A stretch of DNA of 64,000 bases from an uncultured delta proteobacterium (GTDB lineage: Bacteria > Myxococcota > UBA727 > VGSZ01), in the NCBI GenBank assembly GCA_963775425.1, contig CAVZJB010000012.1, forward strand, positions 128,001 to 192,000. Reading direction: 5' to 3'. Positions 51,056 to 60,559 of this stretch are shown piece after piece. The notes under the pieces were generated by a model. That model saw nothing but the letters and a program-made list of their open reading frames with translations. It searched no databases and was not told the origin of the DNA. Each line of letters begins with the position of its first letter. Position 1 is the first letter of the stretch. A program made the translations under genes and the position numbers.

Positions 51056-53560
51056 TCAGCGCCGCTTTCCCTTCGGCGCACCGCGGCTCTTGCCGCGGCC
51101 CGGAGCGCTGCCGCCCCGCGCCTTGGGGGCGCCGCGGCCGGCGTTCTTTTCTTCGAAGAGCCGGCGCAGATCGTCCGGGCCGCGGATGGCCTGGCGCGGT
51201 GCGCCGGCGCCTTGCCCGCCGCGCGCCGGGCCGCCGGCTCCGCGCTTGCCGTCGTCGTGGCCCCGACGTCCCCCCCGCCCCCCGCGGCGGTCGTCGCCGG
51301 CGCGCTCGCCGCCTCGATCCTCCGAGCGATCGCGGTGGCGGCGCGCGGGCGCGGCCGCGGGGGCGTCGGCGAGGACGAGGCCGATCTGGCGGCGGGCGAG
51401 GTCGACGCCCGCGACGCGCACGCGCACGGAGTCGCCGATGCTCCACGTCTGGCCGCTGCGCTCGCCGACGAGGCGCAGGCGGACGTCGTCGTAGACGAAG
51501 AAGTCGCCGCCGAGGTCGCTGACGCGCACCATGCCCTCGACGTGCACGCCCTGCAGGAGCACGAACAGGCCGAATTCCGCCACGCCCTGCACGAGCCCTT
51601 CGAACTCCTCGCCCACGTGGTCCTTCATGAACCAGGCGGCGTGAAGCGCGTCCACCGCGCGCTCGACGTCGGTGGCGGTGCGCTCGCAATTGCTCGCCGT
51701 CGCCGCGATGTCCTCGAGGAGCGCGTGCAGCGCTTCGTCGTCGTCCTTGCTCTTGGGCTTCTTCTTGTGCGCGATGCGCTCCTTCAACAGCCGGTGCACG
51801 ACGAGATCGGGGTAGCGGCGGATGGGCGAGGTGAAGTGCAGGTACGCGTCGCTGCCGAGGCCGTAGTGGCCGACGTCGTCAACGGCGTACTTGGCCTGCA
51901 TCATCGAGCGCAACAGCAGCGAGTCGAGCGCGCGCTTGCCGGGCACGTCGGCGAGCTGCTCCATCACCGCCATCAGCGCCTTGGGCGAAGGTCCGCCGCC
52001 GCCCTCGCCGTCCTTGCCGCTCTTCTTGGACTTCTTCGAGGGCGAGAGCTCCTCGAGGCGGCGGCCGGCGAGGAGCTGCGCGAGCTTGGTGAAGCGCTCG
52101 AGCTTCTCCGCCGCCGGCGGCTCGTGGATGCGGTAGATGCACGGCCACTTGCGCGACTCGAAGCGCGTGGCGACCGCCTCGTTGGCGGCGACCATCAGGT
52201 CTTCGATGAGCTTGTGCGCGTTCAAGCGCTCGAGCGCGTGGATCTTCACGGGCTCGCCGGTGTCGTCGAGGGCGACCACCGTCTCCGGGAGATCGAAGTC
52301 GAGCGCGCCGCGCGCGCGCCGCGCTTTGCGCAGCCGCTGCGAGGCCTCGTCCAGGGCGTGCAGGCTCTGCTGCACGGGCTTTGAAACGTCGAGGGCTTCG
52401 CCGTCGAGGAACTTCTGCGCGAGCGTGTAGGTGAGGCGCGCGTGGGAGCGCATCACGGCGTCGTAGAAGCGCTCGTTGTGCACGCTGCCGTCGGGGCGCA
52501 CCGTCATCTCCACCACCATGCACAGGCGGTCGACGTCGGGCCTCAGCGAGCACAGCCCGTTGGAGAGCGCCTCGGGGAGCATGGGGACGACCTTGCCCGG
52601 GTAGTAGATGCTGGTCCCGCGCCGCGCGGCCTCGACGTCGAGGGGGGAGCCGGCGTCTACGTAGTGGCTGACGTCGGCGATGGCGACGGTGACGACGATG
52701 TCCCCCTTGCTCTTCTTGTCGCCGCCGCGGCGGTCCACGCGCGCGTGCACGGCGTCGTCGAAGTCCTTGGCCGTCTCGCCATCGATGGTGCACAGCGGCA
52801 GCGAGCGCAGGTCTTCGCGGCCGTACCAGTCTGCCTCGGTGGGATCGGGCGGCAGCGCCGCCGCCTGCCCGTCGACCTCGGGCGGGAACGCGCGCACGAT
52901 GCGCTTCTCGGCGAGGATGCGCTCGATCTCGACGTCGAGCTTCCCGCGCTTGCCGAGCGAGCGCACGATGCGGCCCACGGCCGTGGTCACCGGCGTCGGC
53001 GGCTCGACGAGCAGCACCTCGACGACGTCGCCGTCCTTGGCGGCGCCGGCGTTGCCCTCGGGGCCCGGGGGGATGACGATGGGGCCGCTCACGACGTTGT
53101 CGTCGGCCTCCACCCAGCGGGCCTTGCCCGAGTCCTTGAACAGGCCCGTCACCGTTGTGCGCCGCCGCTCCAAGACGCGGATGATCTTCGCGGCCGGGCC
53201 GCGCGCCGCGCGCTCCACACGCGCGAGGACGCGGTCGCCGTCGACGACGCCGAGCACCTCGTGGGGCGGCAGGAAGGCGTCGCCGCTCTTCTTGTCGTCC
53301 GGGATGAACCAACACGCGCCGCCGGGGCGGCGTTGCACCACGCCCTTGTGTGCGTCGCCGGCGCCGGCGAGCACGAAGCGCTTGCCCTCGAGCTGCACGA
53401 GCACGCCCTGGTCGGCCAGGTCCTGTAGCGCCTGCCGGACGACGCTGCGGTCGTCGGCGTTCAGCCCGAGGAAGCGGCCGACGTCCTTGGCTTTCTGCGG
53501 CTTGCCCGCGTGCTTGCGAAAGAACTGGACGACGCGGTCGCGCGGGACGGGGACGGGCAT
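51056..53560 (-). CDS. rnr: ribonuclease R
   Basis: TIDGETAKDFDDA, IADVSHYV, LSNGLCSL, HFTSPIRRYPDL, S1 domain, basic tail. Confidence 0.95.
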   Translation of the reverse strand: MPVPVPRDRVVQFFRKHAGKPQKAKDVGRFLGLNADDRSVVRQALQDLADQGVLVQLEGKRFVLAGAGDAHKGVVQRRPGGACWFIPDDKKSGDAFLPPHEVLGVVDGDRVLARVERAARGPAAKIIRVLERRRTTVTGLFKDSGKARWVEADDNVVSGPIVIPPGPEGNAGAAKDGDVVEVLLVEPPTPVTTAVGRIVRSLGKRGKLDVEIERILAEKRIVRAFPPEVDGQAAALPPDPTEADWYGREDLRSLPLCTIDGETAKDFDDAVHARVDRRGGDKKSKGDIVVTVAIADVSHYVDAGSPLDVEAARRGTSIYYPGKVVPMLPEALSNGLCSLRPDVDRLCMVVEMTVRPDGSVHNERFYDAVMRSHARLTYTLAQKFLDGEALDVSKPVQQSLHALDEASQRLRKARRARGALDFDLPETVVALDDTGEPVKIHALERLNAHKLIEDLMVAANEAVATRFESRKWPCIYRIHEPPAAEKLERFTKLAQLLAGRRLEELSPSKKSKKSGKDGEGGGGPSPKALMAVMEQLADVPGKRALDSLLLRSMMQAKYAVDDVGHYGLGSDAYLHFTSPIRRYPDLVVHRLLKERIAHKKKPKSKDDDEALHALLEDIAATASNCERTATDVERAVDALHAAWFMKDHVGEEFEGLVQGVAEFGLFVLLQGVHVEGMVRVSDLGGDFFVYDDVRLRLVGERSGQTWSIGDSVRVRVAGVDLARRQIGLVLADAPAAAPARRHRDRSEDRGGERAGDDRRGGRGGRRGHDDGKRGAGGPARGGQGAGAPRQAIRGPDDLRRLFEEKNAGRGAPKARGGSAPGRGKSRGAPKGKRR

Positions 53561-53653
53561 CGCGCACCTATAGCGGAGCGCCGGGCGAAGCGCGCGCCCA
53601 CAACGGCCGTGACGGCGGGCACGCAGGAGCCGCGGATCGGCCTTGACCACGAC

Positions 53654-53678
53654 TGACCAAATGCTGAAAGTAGTCATC
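53654..53678. promoter_or_regulatory. candidate TetR operator TGAC-N15-GTCA, overlapping the TetR promoter
   Basis: TGACCAAATGCTGAAAGTAGTCATC; TTGACC at 53643; a matching site lies at 54310. Confidence 0.6.
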
Positions 53679-54266
53679 ATGGAGACGGCGAAGCGCGAGT
53701 GCATCCTGATCGAGGCCGCCAAGGCCTTCGCGCGCTTCGGCTTCCACAAGGCGAGCGTCGACGAGATCGCCCGGAGCGCCGGCGTGGCCAAGGGCACCAT
53801 CTACCTGGCGGCGCCCTCCAAGCGCGAGCTGTTCTACGAGGTGCTGTTGCGCGAGGTGCGCGCGTGGAACGCCGAGCTGATGAAGCGCATCGACCCCCGC
53901 AAGAACGCCGACGAGATCCTCGTCGACATCTCGTGGGACAGCGTGCACACGCTCGACAGCAGGCCGCTGGTCCGTGACCTCCTGTTCGGCCACCACACCG
54001 AGATGCTCCCGGAGCTGTCCGACAAGATCGACGAGCTGCGCCGCATCGGCATGGAGCCCGTGGCCGAGGTGCTGCGCCTCGGCGTGCGCCAGGGCCGCTT
54101 CAGGAGCGAGATCGACGTCGACGAGCTCGCCGCCGTGCTCCTCGACCTGCACATCGCCACCCTCATGTTCACCGCGCGCAAGCACAACCCCGAAGAGAAG
54201 CTGGCGCGGCGCGCGGCCGCCGGCTTCGACCTCATCCTGCGGGGACTCCAAAAAGCCCCCTCCTGA
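53679..54266 (+). CDS. TetR/AcrR family transcriptional regulator
   Basis: FARFGFHKASVDEIARSAGVAKGTIY HTH. Start could be 53661. Confidence 0.93.
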   Translation: METAKRECILIEAAKAFARFGFHKASVDEIARSAGVAKGTIYLAAPSKRELFYEVLLREVRAWNAELMKRIDPRKNADEILVDISWDSVHTLDSRPLVRDLLFGHHTEMLPELSDKIDELRRIGMEPVAEVLRLGVRQGRFRSEIDVDELAAVLLDLHIATLMFTARKHNPEEKLARRAAAGFDLILRGLQKAPS

Positions 54267-54309
54267 TCCTCGCGCCGCCGTCGGCGCGGGGCCTCGTCAC
54301 ACCCGCGAT

Positions 54310-54334
54310 TGACCCAAGAACCAAAACGGTCATC
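54310..54334. promoter_or_regulatory. candidate TetR operator TGAC-N15-GTCA upstream of the ferritin-like gene
   Basis: TGACCCAAGAACCAAAACGGTCATC overlapping TTGACC. Confidence 0.6.
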
Positions 54335-54361
54335 CAGACAGACAGAAGAAAGGACACCGCC

Positions 54362-55147
54362 ATGAACGCCCTCCCCACCTTCCTCGACGACGGCCTGCAG
54401 CGCCTGTTCCTCAAGGAGCTCCTCGCCGAGCCCCGCGGCCGCGCCACGCTCCTCAAGCAGCTCGGCGACGCCGAGGGCGGCGACGGCGGCGAGCTCGACA
54501 TCTTCGAGCACGTCCTCGCCGTCCTCGACGATCCTGCGCAGGCGGACACGAGCGCCGACGCCGCCGCCCTCGAGGAGGTGAGGAAGCTCGTGCGCGTGCA
54601 CAAGGCCGACGAGGAGCGCCACGAGCGGCTGTTCCACGACCGCGCGGCCGCGACCGGGGCGGCGCCGATGAAGCTGCCGCCGGAGGCGCACCTCTTGCGC
54701 CGCCTCGACAAGCACGTCGGCTTCTTCTCCAAGCCCGTCGTCGACAAGAAGGGCGTGGTCGACGCCTATCTGCTGCTCCTCGTCATCGAGGAGCGCGCGG
54801 TGCGCCAGTTCGACCGCTACCGCGCGGCCTTCGCCGCCGCCGGCGACGAGGCCACCGCGCAGGTCATCGACGGCATCAAGGCCGACGAGGCGCGCCACCT
54901 GCGCTACTGCGAGGCCATCTCCCGGCGCTACAGCGACGACGAGGAGGTCCGGCAGGCGCGGCTGGCGGAGCTACGCGCGCTCGAGGCGAGCTGCTTCGAC
55001 CAGGTGCAGGCGATCAACCTGCGCATGCTCGTCGACGCGGGCTTCGTCGGTCGCACGTGGTGGACGAAGGCGCTGTGGGCGCGGCTGTCGAAGGCGGCCG
55101 GCAGGCGCATCCCCGCGGACTTCCGCCCCGCCGCCGCCGCCGCCTGA
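54362..55147 (+). CDS. ferritin-like di-iron domain protein
   Basis: Two ExxH motifs (ADEERH, ADEARH) plus LVIEERA; AAGGA RBS. Confidence 0.82.
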   Translation: MNALPTFLDDGLQRLFLKELLAEPRGRATLLKQLGDAEGGDGGELDIFEHVLAVLDDPAQADTSADAAALEEVRKLVRVHKADEERHERLFHDRAAATGAAPMKLPPEAHLLRRLDKHVGFFSKPVVDKKGVVDAYLLLLVIEERAVRQFDRYRAAFAAAGDEATAQVIDGIKADEARHLRYCEAISRRYSDDEEVRQARLAELRALEASCFDQVQAINLRMLVDAGFVGRTWWTKALWARLSKAAGRRIPADFRPAAAAA

Positions 55148-55230
55148 CCCGGCGCAACGAGGCGCGGCGGCGCGTCCGCCGCTTCGACGCCGGCGTGGCA
55201 GCGGGCGCGCCGATCGTGGTAACCGGCGGC

Positions 55231-55935
55231 ATGCAGATGAAGTTGCGCCTCGCATCGCTCGCCGCCGTCGTCGTCGTCGCGCTCACCGGTTGCCGCTTCG
55301 GCGACGCCCACTTCGACTCCACGGTGTCGGGCCGCGCGTTCGATCCGGCGGGCACCGTGTTCTCGTACGTCGACGCCACCGACGACAACCTGGTGGTCGA
55401 CCAGAACCCGCGGCTGGCGGTCTCGATGACGTGGATCATCTTCGACCCGAACAGCGATCTCAACGACCTCGACGGCAGCGCCCTCGCCGACTACTCGCAC
55501 GAGCTCAAGCTCAGGGACGCCCTCGCGCTCGTCTGGGACAAGCAGGGCGACGTCAAGGCCGGCGCCACGTTCAAGAGCGTGGTCGTCGGCGACGAGGAGC
55601 AGGGCGACGGCACGTTCACCACCCGGGTGCACCTCGCGCCCGAGCGCATCAGCGGCCAGTCCACCTACGGCGACATCAAGCCGTTCGCGTCGCAGCGGAC
55701 CACCGACGTCACCGTCACCGCCGCCGACTTCACCCTCGACCAGCCGGTGGTGAGCGCGGACGTCACCATCTCCTTCGCCCGCAGCGCCACGGACCCCGGC
55801 GACGTGCGCGAGGGGACCTTCACCGGGAGCTTCTCGGCTCCGCTCGTCGGCGAGCGCGCGGCGGAGCAGAACCTCGCGCTCCTCGACGTCTTCGACGTGC
55901 TCGGCCTGCCGCTCGCGCCGCGGGAGGCCCCTTGA
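55231..55935 (+). CDS. hypothetical lipoprotein
   Basis: Lipobox LTGC; beta-rich acidic mature part. Confidence 0.78.
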   Translation: MQMKLRLASLAAVVVVALTGCRFGDAHFDSTVSGRAFDPAGTVFSYVDATDDNLVVDQNPRLAVSMTWIIFDPNSDLNDLDGSALADYSHELKLRDALALVWDKQGDVKAGATFKSVVVGDEEQGDGTFTTRVHLAPERISGQSTYGDIKPFASQRTTDVTVTAADFTLDQPVVSADVTISFARSATDPGDVREGTFTGSFSAPLVGERAAEQNLALLDVFDVLGLPLAPREAP

Positions 55936-56708
55936 GCCCGCGCACGCCAGGGCTCGCGGCCGTCGTCGTCGCCGCGCTCGCCGCCGCCGTCGCGGTCGGG
56001 GGCGGCTGCGGCGTCGCCGTCGACGGCGACTTCGACGGCGTGCCCTGGACGCCGGACTCCGCCATCCTCGCCGTCGCGGACCGCCAGGACCTGCTCGTGC
56101 GCGGCGGCGCCGTGGTCCCGGTCCTCAAAAACGAGGCGGCGCAGACCCTCGACGTGCTCCTCACCGCCGCCCGCGTCGACGTCACCGAGGACTGGCGCCG
56201 GGCCACCGCCGACGAGCTCCTCGAGATCAAGCGCGACCTCGCCACCAGCGACGGCATCCTGTTGACCAAGGTGCCGCTCGACGCGTTCCAGAAGGGCGCG
56301 GCGCTGGCGGCGCTGGTGGAAAACGGCGAGGTCAGCGGCGACTTCGACGTCGCCGTCGGCGCCGCGCTCCCGCCCGAGGACGCGGTGAAGGCGCAGGGGC
56401 TCGGCTCCAAGCTGCGCATCACCGTCACGCCCAAGGGCGTCGACGCCGGACCGCACGGCGGCAGCATGAGCGCCGCCGTCGAGGTGCAGCGCGAACGCGA
56501 AGCGGGGCAGGACGGCGACGTCGCCACCGGCACCGTGAACCTGTCGTTCTCCACGGCGTTCCTCGATGAGCGCCTCGGCGAGTCCAACCTCACGGTGGCG
56601 CAGCCCGTGCTCGAGTGCATGCAGGCCACCGGCGCCGCGCGCTCAGGCTCCTGCCGCGACGTCGACGAGCTGCCCTACATCGACGAGACCGGCGTCGTCG
56701 ACCCATGA
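55932..56708 (+). CDS. hypothetical lipoprotein, distant paralog of the upstream gene
   Basis: TTG overlaps the upstream TGA, GGAGG RBS, signal ending GGGC; shares the FS...ERxxExNL motif. Confidence 0.72.
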   Translation: MSPRTPGLAAVVVAALAAAVAVGGGCGVAVDGDFDGVPWTPDSAILAVADRQDLLVRGGAVVPVLKNEAAQTLDVLLTAARVDVTEDWRRATADELLEIKRDLATSDGILLTKVPLDAFQKGAALAALVENGEVSGDFDVAVGAALPPEDAVKAQGLGSKLRITVTPKGVDAGPHGGSMSAAVEVQREREAGQDGDVATGTVNLSFSTAFLDERLGESNLTVAQPVLECMQATGAARSGSCRDVDELPYIDETGVVDP

Positions 56709-56757
56709 CGCGCGCGCGCGGGCGCCCGCTGCGCCGGCGCCGGCGGCGGCGGACGCG

Positions 56758-57462
56758 ATGAAGATCCTCGTGCCGCTCCCCGACCGGGACTTCGACCCCA
56801 CCGAGGTCGCGGTGCCGTGGCGCGCGCTCAAGGACGCCGGCCACGACGTGGTCTTCGCCACCGAGCGCGGAACCAAGCCCGCGTGCGATCCGCGCATGCT
56901 CACGGGCGTCGTCTTCGGCGCGCTCGGCGCCCGGCCCGAAAACGTCGCGCTCTATCACGAGCTCGAGCGCGATCCCGCGTTCACCGCGCCGCTCGCGTGG
57001 ACGGACGTCGTGCCGTCGGACCTCCACGCGCTGGTGCTCCCCGGCGGGCACGCCAAGGGCATGCGGCAGTACCTCGAGTCGCAGGCGGTGGCCGAGCGCG
57101 TGCGCGCGTTCATCGACGACAACAAGCCCGTCGGCGCCATCTGTCACGGCGGCGTCGCCCTCGTGCGCAGCGGCGCGGTGAAGGGGCGCAAGATGACGGC
57201 GCTGCCCAGGTGGATGGAGCGCACGGCGTACCTCGTCACGGCGTGGAAGGTCGGCGACTACTACCGGACGTACCCGGAGTACGTCGAGGACGAGGTGCGG
57301 CGCACAAACGGCTCCATGGAGCGCGGGCCGCTGTTGTCCATGGACTACAAAAGGCCGTTCGTCGTCGTCGACGCGCCGGCCGGCAAGAGCCCGCTGGTCA
57401 CCGCGCGCTGGCCCGGCGACGCCCGCGCCTTCGCCGCCGCCCTCCTCGCCGCGCTCGGCTGA
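56758..57462 (+). CDS. DJ-1/PfpI (type 1 glutamine amidotransferase-like) protein
   Basis: DFDPTEVAVPW, LPGGH, GAICHG, TARWPGD. Confidence 0.92.
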   Translation: MKILVPLPDRDFDPTEVAVPWRALKDAGHDVVFATERGTKPACDPRMLTGVVFGALGARPENVALYHELERDPAFTAPLAWTDVVPSDLHALVLPGGHAKGMRQYLESQAVAERVRAFIDDNKPVGAICHGGVALVRSGAVKGRKMTALPRWMERTAYLVTAWKVGDYYRTYPEYVEDEVRRTNGSMERGPLLSMDYKRPFVVVDAPAGKSPLVTARWPGDARAFAAALLAALG

Positions 57463-57492
57463 CCGCGCGCCGCCTCCGCCCGCCGCGCGTCG

Positions 57493-57669
57493 TCAGCGGC
57501 GGTCGGAGGCGGCGCGCGCGGCGGCGGCCTCCGCTCTCTTGAGCTTGCCGAGGTGCAGCGGCAGCACGACGAGCTTCGGCCGCGCCTCCTCGATGAGCGC
57601 GCCGGGCGGGGGATCTTCGGGCGTCTTCAGTTCTTCGACGACGGCGTCGACGGTGAAGGGGAGCTGCAC
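57493..57669 (-). CDS. small hypothetical protein (58 aa)
   Basis: GGAG upstream of GTG; plausible composition; fills the gap. Confidence 0.4.
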   Translation of the reverse strand: MQLPFTVDAVVEELKTPEDPPPGALIEEARPKLVVLPLHLGKLKRAEAAAARAASDRR

Positions 57670-57692
57670 GCTCGGCCGCTCCTGCAGCGCGG

Positions 57693-58151
57693 CTACGCGA
57701 GGTGCGGAGAGAGCGTGCGGCCGACGCGCGGGACGGCCTCCTCGACGTGCTTCTTCGCCTGCGGCCGGAGCTTGTTGTAGGCGCTCCTGAGCGTCTCGTT
57801 CTTGGCGCGCTTGGCGCGGTCGTCGGTGATGCCGAGGAGGGCGTCGGCGACGGGGCCGCTCTTTCGCGACAGCGCGTCGCCGAAGCCGCCGGGCTCGCCG
57901 CCGCCGCTCCTGTGCTCCTCGTAGAAGGGCTCGAGGCGGCGAACGAAGTCGTCGAGCAGACCGTCCATGGCCTCGCGCACGAGGCCGGGCTTCACCGCGC
58001 ATACGACCTTGTACGCGCCCTTGATGGCGAGCCCCGACAGGCCGCCCTTGGACCTGACCTCGTCGTCGATCAGCCGCTCGCAGTCGCTCAAGAGGCGGGG
58101 GCGCTTGTTCGGGTCGCCGAGCAGCCGCGCGGTCAGGGTGTCGTCCGTCAT
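57693..58151 (-). CDS. DUF6918-like helical protein
   Basis: LIDDEVRSKGGLSGLAIKGAYKVV..KPG...ADALLGITD.RA; coupled to the MCE gene. Confidence 0.8.
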   Translation of the reverse strand: MTDDTLTARLLGDPNKRPRLLSDCERLIDDEVRSKGGLSGLAIKGAYKVVCAVKPGLVREAMDGLLDDFVRRLEPFYEEHRSGGGEPGGFGDALSRKSGPVADALLGITDDRAKRAKNETLRSAYNKLRPQAKKHVEEAVPRVGRTLSPHLA

Positions 58152-59227
58152 TTCTTCTTCTCCTGGTCTTTCTCGTCGACAACGAGGTTGAACGGAAAGC
58201 TCTTTTTCATGCCGGCGATGATGTCGCCGAGATCGTCGATGCGCTTGTTGAGGTTGTCCACGGCCTTCTTCACGTCGGGCGGGATGCTCTTTGCGTCCTT
58301 GGAGAAGGCCGCGAGGTCCTTGCCGGCGCTCTTGGCGTCGGTGCTGAACGTCTGCAGGCTGTCGATGAAGCGCTGCAGGTCGTCGCTGCGCGCGGCGACG
58401 CCGGTGGTCACGGTGTTCGCGTTGGCGCTCGCCACCTCGAGGTCGGCGAGCGCCTTGTCGAGCTTGTCGAGCGCCGCCGCCACCTTCTGCTGCGTCGGCG
58501 AGTTGTCGCGCGTCATCTCGCCGACGAGCCCCTTGCCTTCGCCGGCGCGCGTGCTCACCGCGGCGAAGCCGGCGATGGTCTTCTGGATGGGCCCGTCCAC
58601 GTCGTTTATCTCCCGCAGCAGCGCGTCCACCTGGGTGACGATGTCGCGCGCGTTCTGGACGATGCCTTCCTTCTGAAGGCGCGCGAGGATCTCGGTGATG
58701 CCCTCGGCCTCCTCGGCGGGCACGAACCCGCCGGGCGGGATGACCGGGTTTTTGCGGTCGCCGACATGGATGACCAGCCCGCTCGACGTGGGCAGGAACG
58801 CGCCGAGCCCCGCGGGCACGCTGGCGGCCATGCGCGAGCCGCAGTGCTTCTTCTTCTCCTCGGCGGCCTTCTTCTCCTCGTCGCTGTCCATCATGCTGAC
58901 GGTGAGCGCCTTGGCGCAGGACCCGTCGGGCGGGTCGGCGCGCAGGCGATCGCTGTACTCGTCGAGGACGTCGAACACCACCTCCACCTGGTCCTGCGGC
59001 GTGAGCGTCACGCGCCGCACAGAGCCCACCTCGATGCCGGCGATGCGGACGGGCGTGTCCTCGCGCAGCCCGCCGCCGTCGGAGAAGACCGTGCGGTACT
59101 CGTGGCGCGTCTTGAACACGCCCTGGCTCTTCACGACGAGGAAAAGCGCGCTGGCGACGACGGCGCCGACCGCCAACAGGAAGGCCGCGACGATGCGGTC
59201 GGCGTAGCGCAGGCGGAGCGGCTGCAT
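58148..59227 (-). CDS. MlaD/MCE family protein
   Basis: N-terminal TM, FSDGGGLREDTPVRIAGIEVGSV, long helical C-terminus. Confidence 0.9.
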   Translation of the reverse strand: MQPLRLRYADRIVAAFLLAVGAVVASALFLVVKSQGVFKTRHEYRTVFSDGGGLREDTPVRIAGIEVGSVRRVTLTPQDQVEVVFDVLDEYSDRLRADPPDGSCAKALTVSMMDSDEEKKAAEEKKKHCGSRMAASVPAGLGAFLPTSSGLVIHVGDRKNPVIPPGGFVPAEEAEGITEILARLQKEGIVQNARDIVTQVDALLREINDVDGPIQKTIAGFAAVSTRAGEGKGLVGEMTRDNSPTQQKVAAALDKLDKALADLEVASANANTVTTGVAARSDDLQRFIDSLQTFSTDAKSAGKDLAAFSKDAKSIPPDVKKAVDNLNKRIDDLGDIIAGMKKSFPFNLVVDEKDQEKKK

Positions 59228-59815
59228 CTACGGGTTCGGCCATCGCTGGTTCACGCGCGGATCCTTGCGAAGGAACGTCCGTTCCCCGACGACGCTGCCG
59301 CTGATGACGCCCGGCGCGCTGGTGATGACGACGACGAGCGGGCCCCGGTCGTTCACGAAGTACACGCCGGGGGGGCCGCCGACCTCCTCTTGCAGCTCCT
59401 GCTGGTCGCTGCCGAGGGGCAGCGGCGAGGGCACCGTGTGGTAGGTCGCGACGAGGTCCCGGCTCGGGGGCAGGGACGCGCAGCCGCTCGCGCGCATGCG
59501 CACGTCGTGGAAGCCCTCGAGCGCTGCTTCGAGCTTGTCTGCGGCGGCGCGGCAGGCGCGGCGATCGATGCGCTCTTGCACGACGCGAGCGGTCCCGACG
59601 ACATCGGAGGCGTCGACGGTGAGCTCGCGCCCCGACGCGCCGAGCACCACGTAGCGCAGCAGGTAGCCGCCGTCGTCGCCGACGACGTGCTCCTCGACGA
59701 GCGCCTGGGTGCCGTCGTCGGAGAAGGCGAGCACGGTGGCGGTCTCGCTCAGGAAGATCGGCTGGTGGGGCATGGCCCCCAACACGATCGACGCGAGCAC
59801 GAGAGCGGCCGGCAT
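59228..59815 (-). CDS. hypothetical secreted protein
   Basis: Signal-like N-terminus; stop directly abuts the MCE start. Confidence 0.6.
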   Translation of the reverse strand: MPAALVLASIVLGAMPHQPIFLSETATVLAFSDDGTQALVEEHVVGDDGGYLLRYVVLGASGRELTVDASDVVGTARVVQERIDRRACRAAADKLEAALEGFHDVRMRASGCASLPPSRDLVATYHTVPSPLPLGSDQQELQEEVGGPPGVYFVNDRGPLVVVITSAPGVISGSVVGERTFLRKDPRVNQRWPNP

Positions 59816-59923
59816 GATCGAACCCTAGCAACCGCGGGCAAAAGCGGAAGACACGTCGGCGCTCGTCGCCCCGGTGGAGGCCTCCGGTGCTTGATCAGCG
59901 ACCGGAGGGAGCGGCCGGCTTCA

Positions 59924-60559
59924 TCAAGCGGACGCGCGCAAGGAGACCGCGCGCGCCGCGTGCGGCCAGGACGGCGCGGCCTCGGTGCGCGTGACCACGA
60001 GGGCGCCGGCGCCCGCGGCCACCTTGTCGAGGAGCAGCGCGCGCGCCCGCGGCGGCAGCGCCGGCTCGTCGAGGACGTACAGCTCCGCCGGCACCGCCAG
60101 CGCCCTGGCCGCCTGCGCGAGGTCGCGGTCGCGGGGCAGGAGCGCCTCGGGGCGGACGACGGCGACCGGGAGGAGGTCGAAGCGCGCGAGGACATCGTCG
60201 ACGATGCGGTCGATCTCGCCGCTGTTCATGCCGCGCATCAACAGCGGCAGCGCGACGTTGTCGCGCACGGACTGGTTCGACAGAAGCGGCGTCGACGACG
60301 ACGAAAACGCGCAGCGCGCGCGCAACGAGAGCAGGTCGTCGTGGACGAGGCCGGCCAGAGGGACGTCGAACAGCTCCACCTCGCCGTGCACGGCCGCGAC
60401 GAAGCCGAGCGCTCCGCGCGCGACGACGGTCTTGCCCGTGCCCTCGCCGCCCGTGAGGAGCACCAGCTCCCCGGCGTCGACGACGAGGTCGACGTCCTCG
60501 GAGGAGCCGTAGCCGAGCTCGTCGAAGCACGCGTCCTGAAGGCGCAGAAAGCGGGTCAT
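59924..60559 (-). CDS. ABC ATPase (MlaF-like) with a degenerate signature motif
   Basis: Walker A GGEGTGKT, SVRDNVALPL, Walker B LYVLDEP; LSGG replaced by LLPR. Confidence 0.8.
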   Translation of the reverse strand: MTRFLRLQDACFDELGYGSSEDVDLVVDAGELVLLTGGEGTGKTVVARGALGFVAAVHGEVELFDVPLAGLVHDDLLSLRARCAFSSSSTPLLSNQSVRDNVALPLLMRGMNSGEIDRIVDDVLARFDLLPVAVVRPEALLPRDRDLAQAARALAVPAELYVLDEPALPPRARALLLDKVAAGAGALVVTRTEAAPSWPHAARAVSLRASA

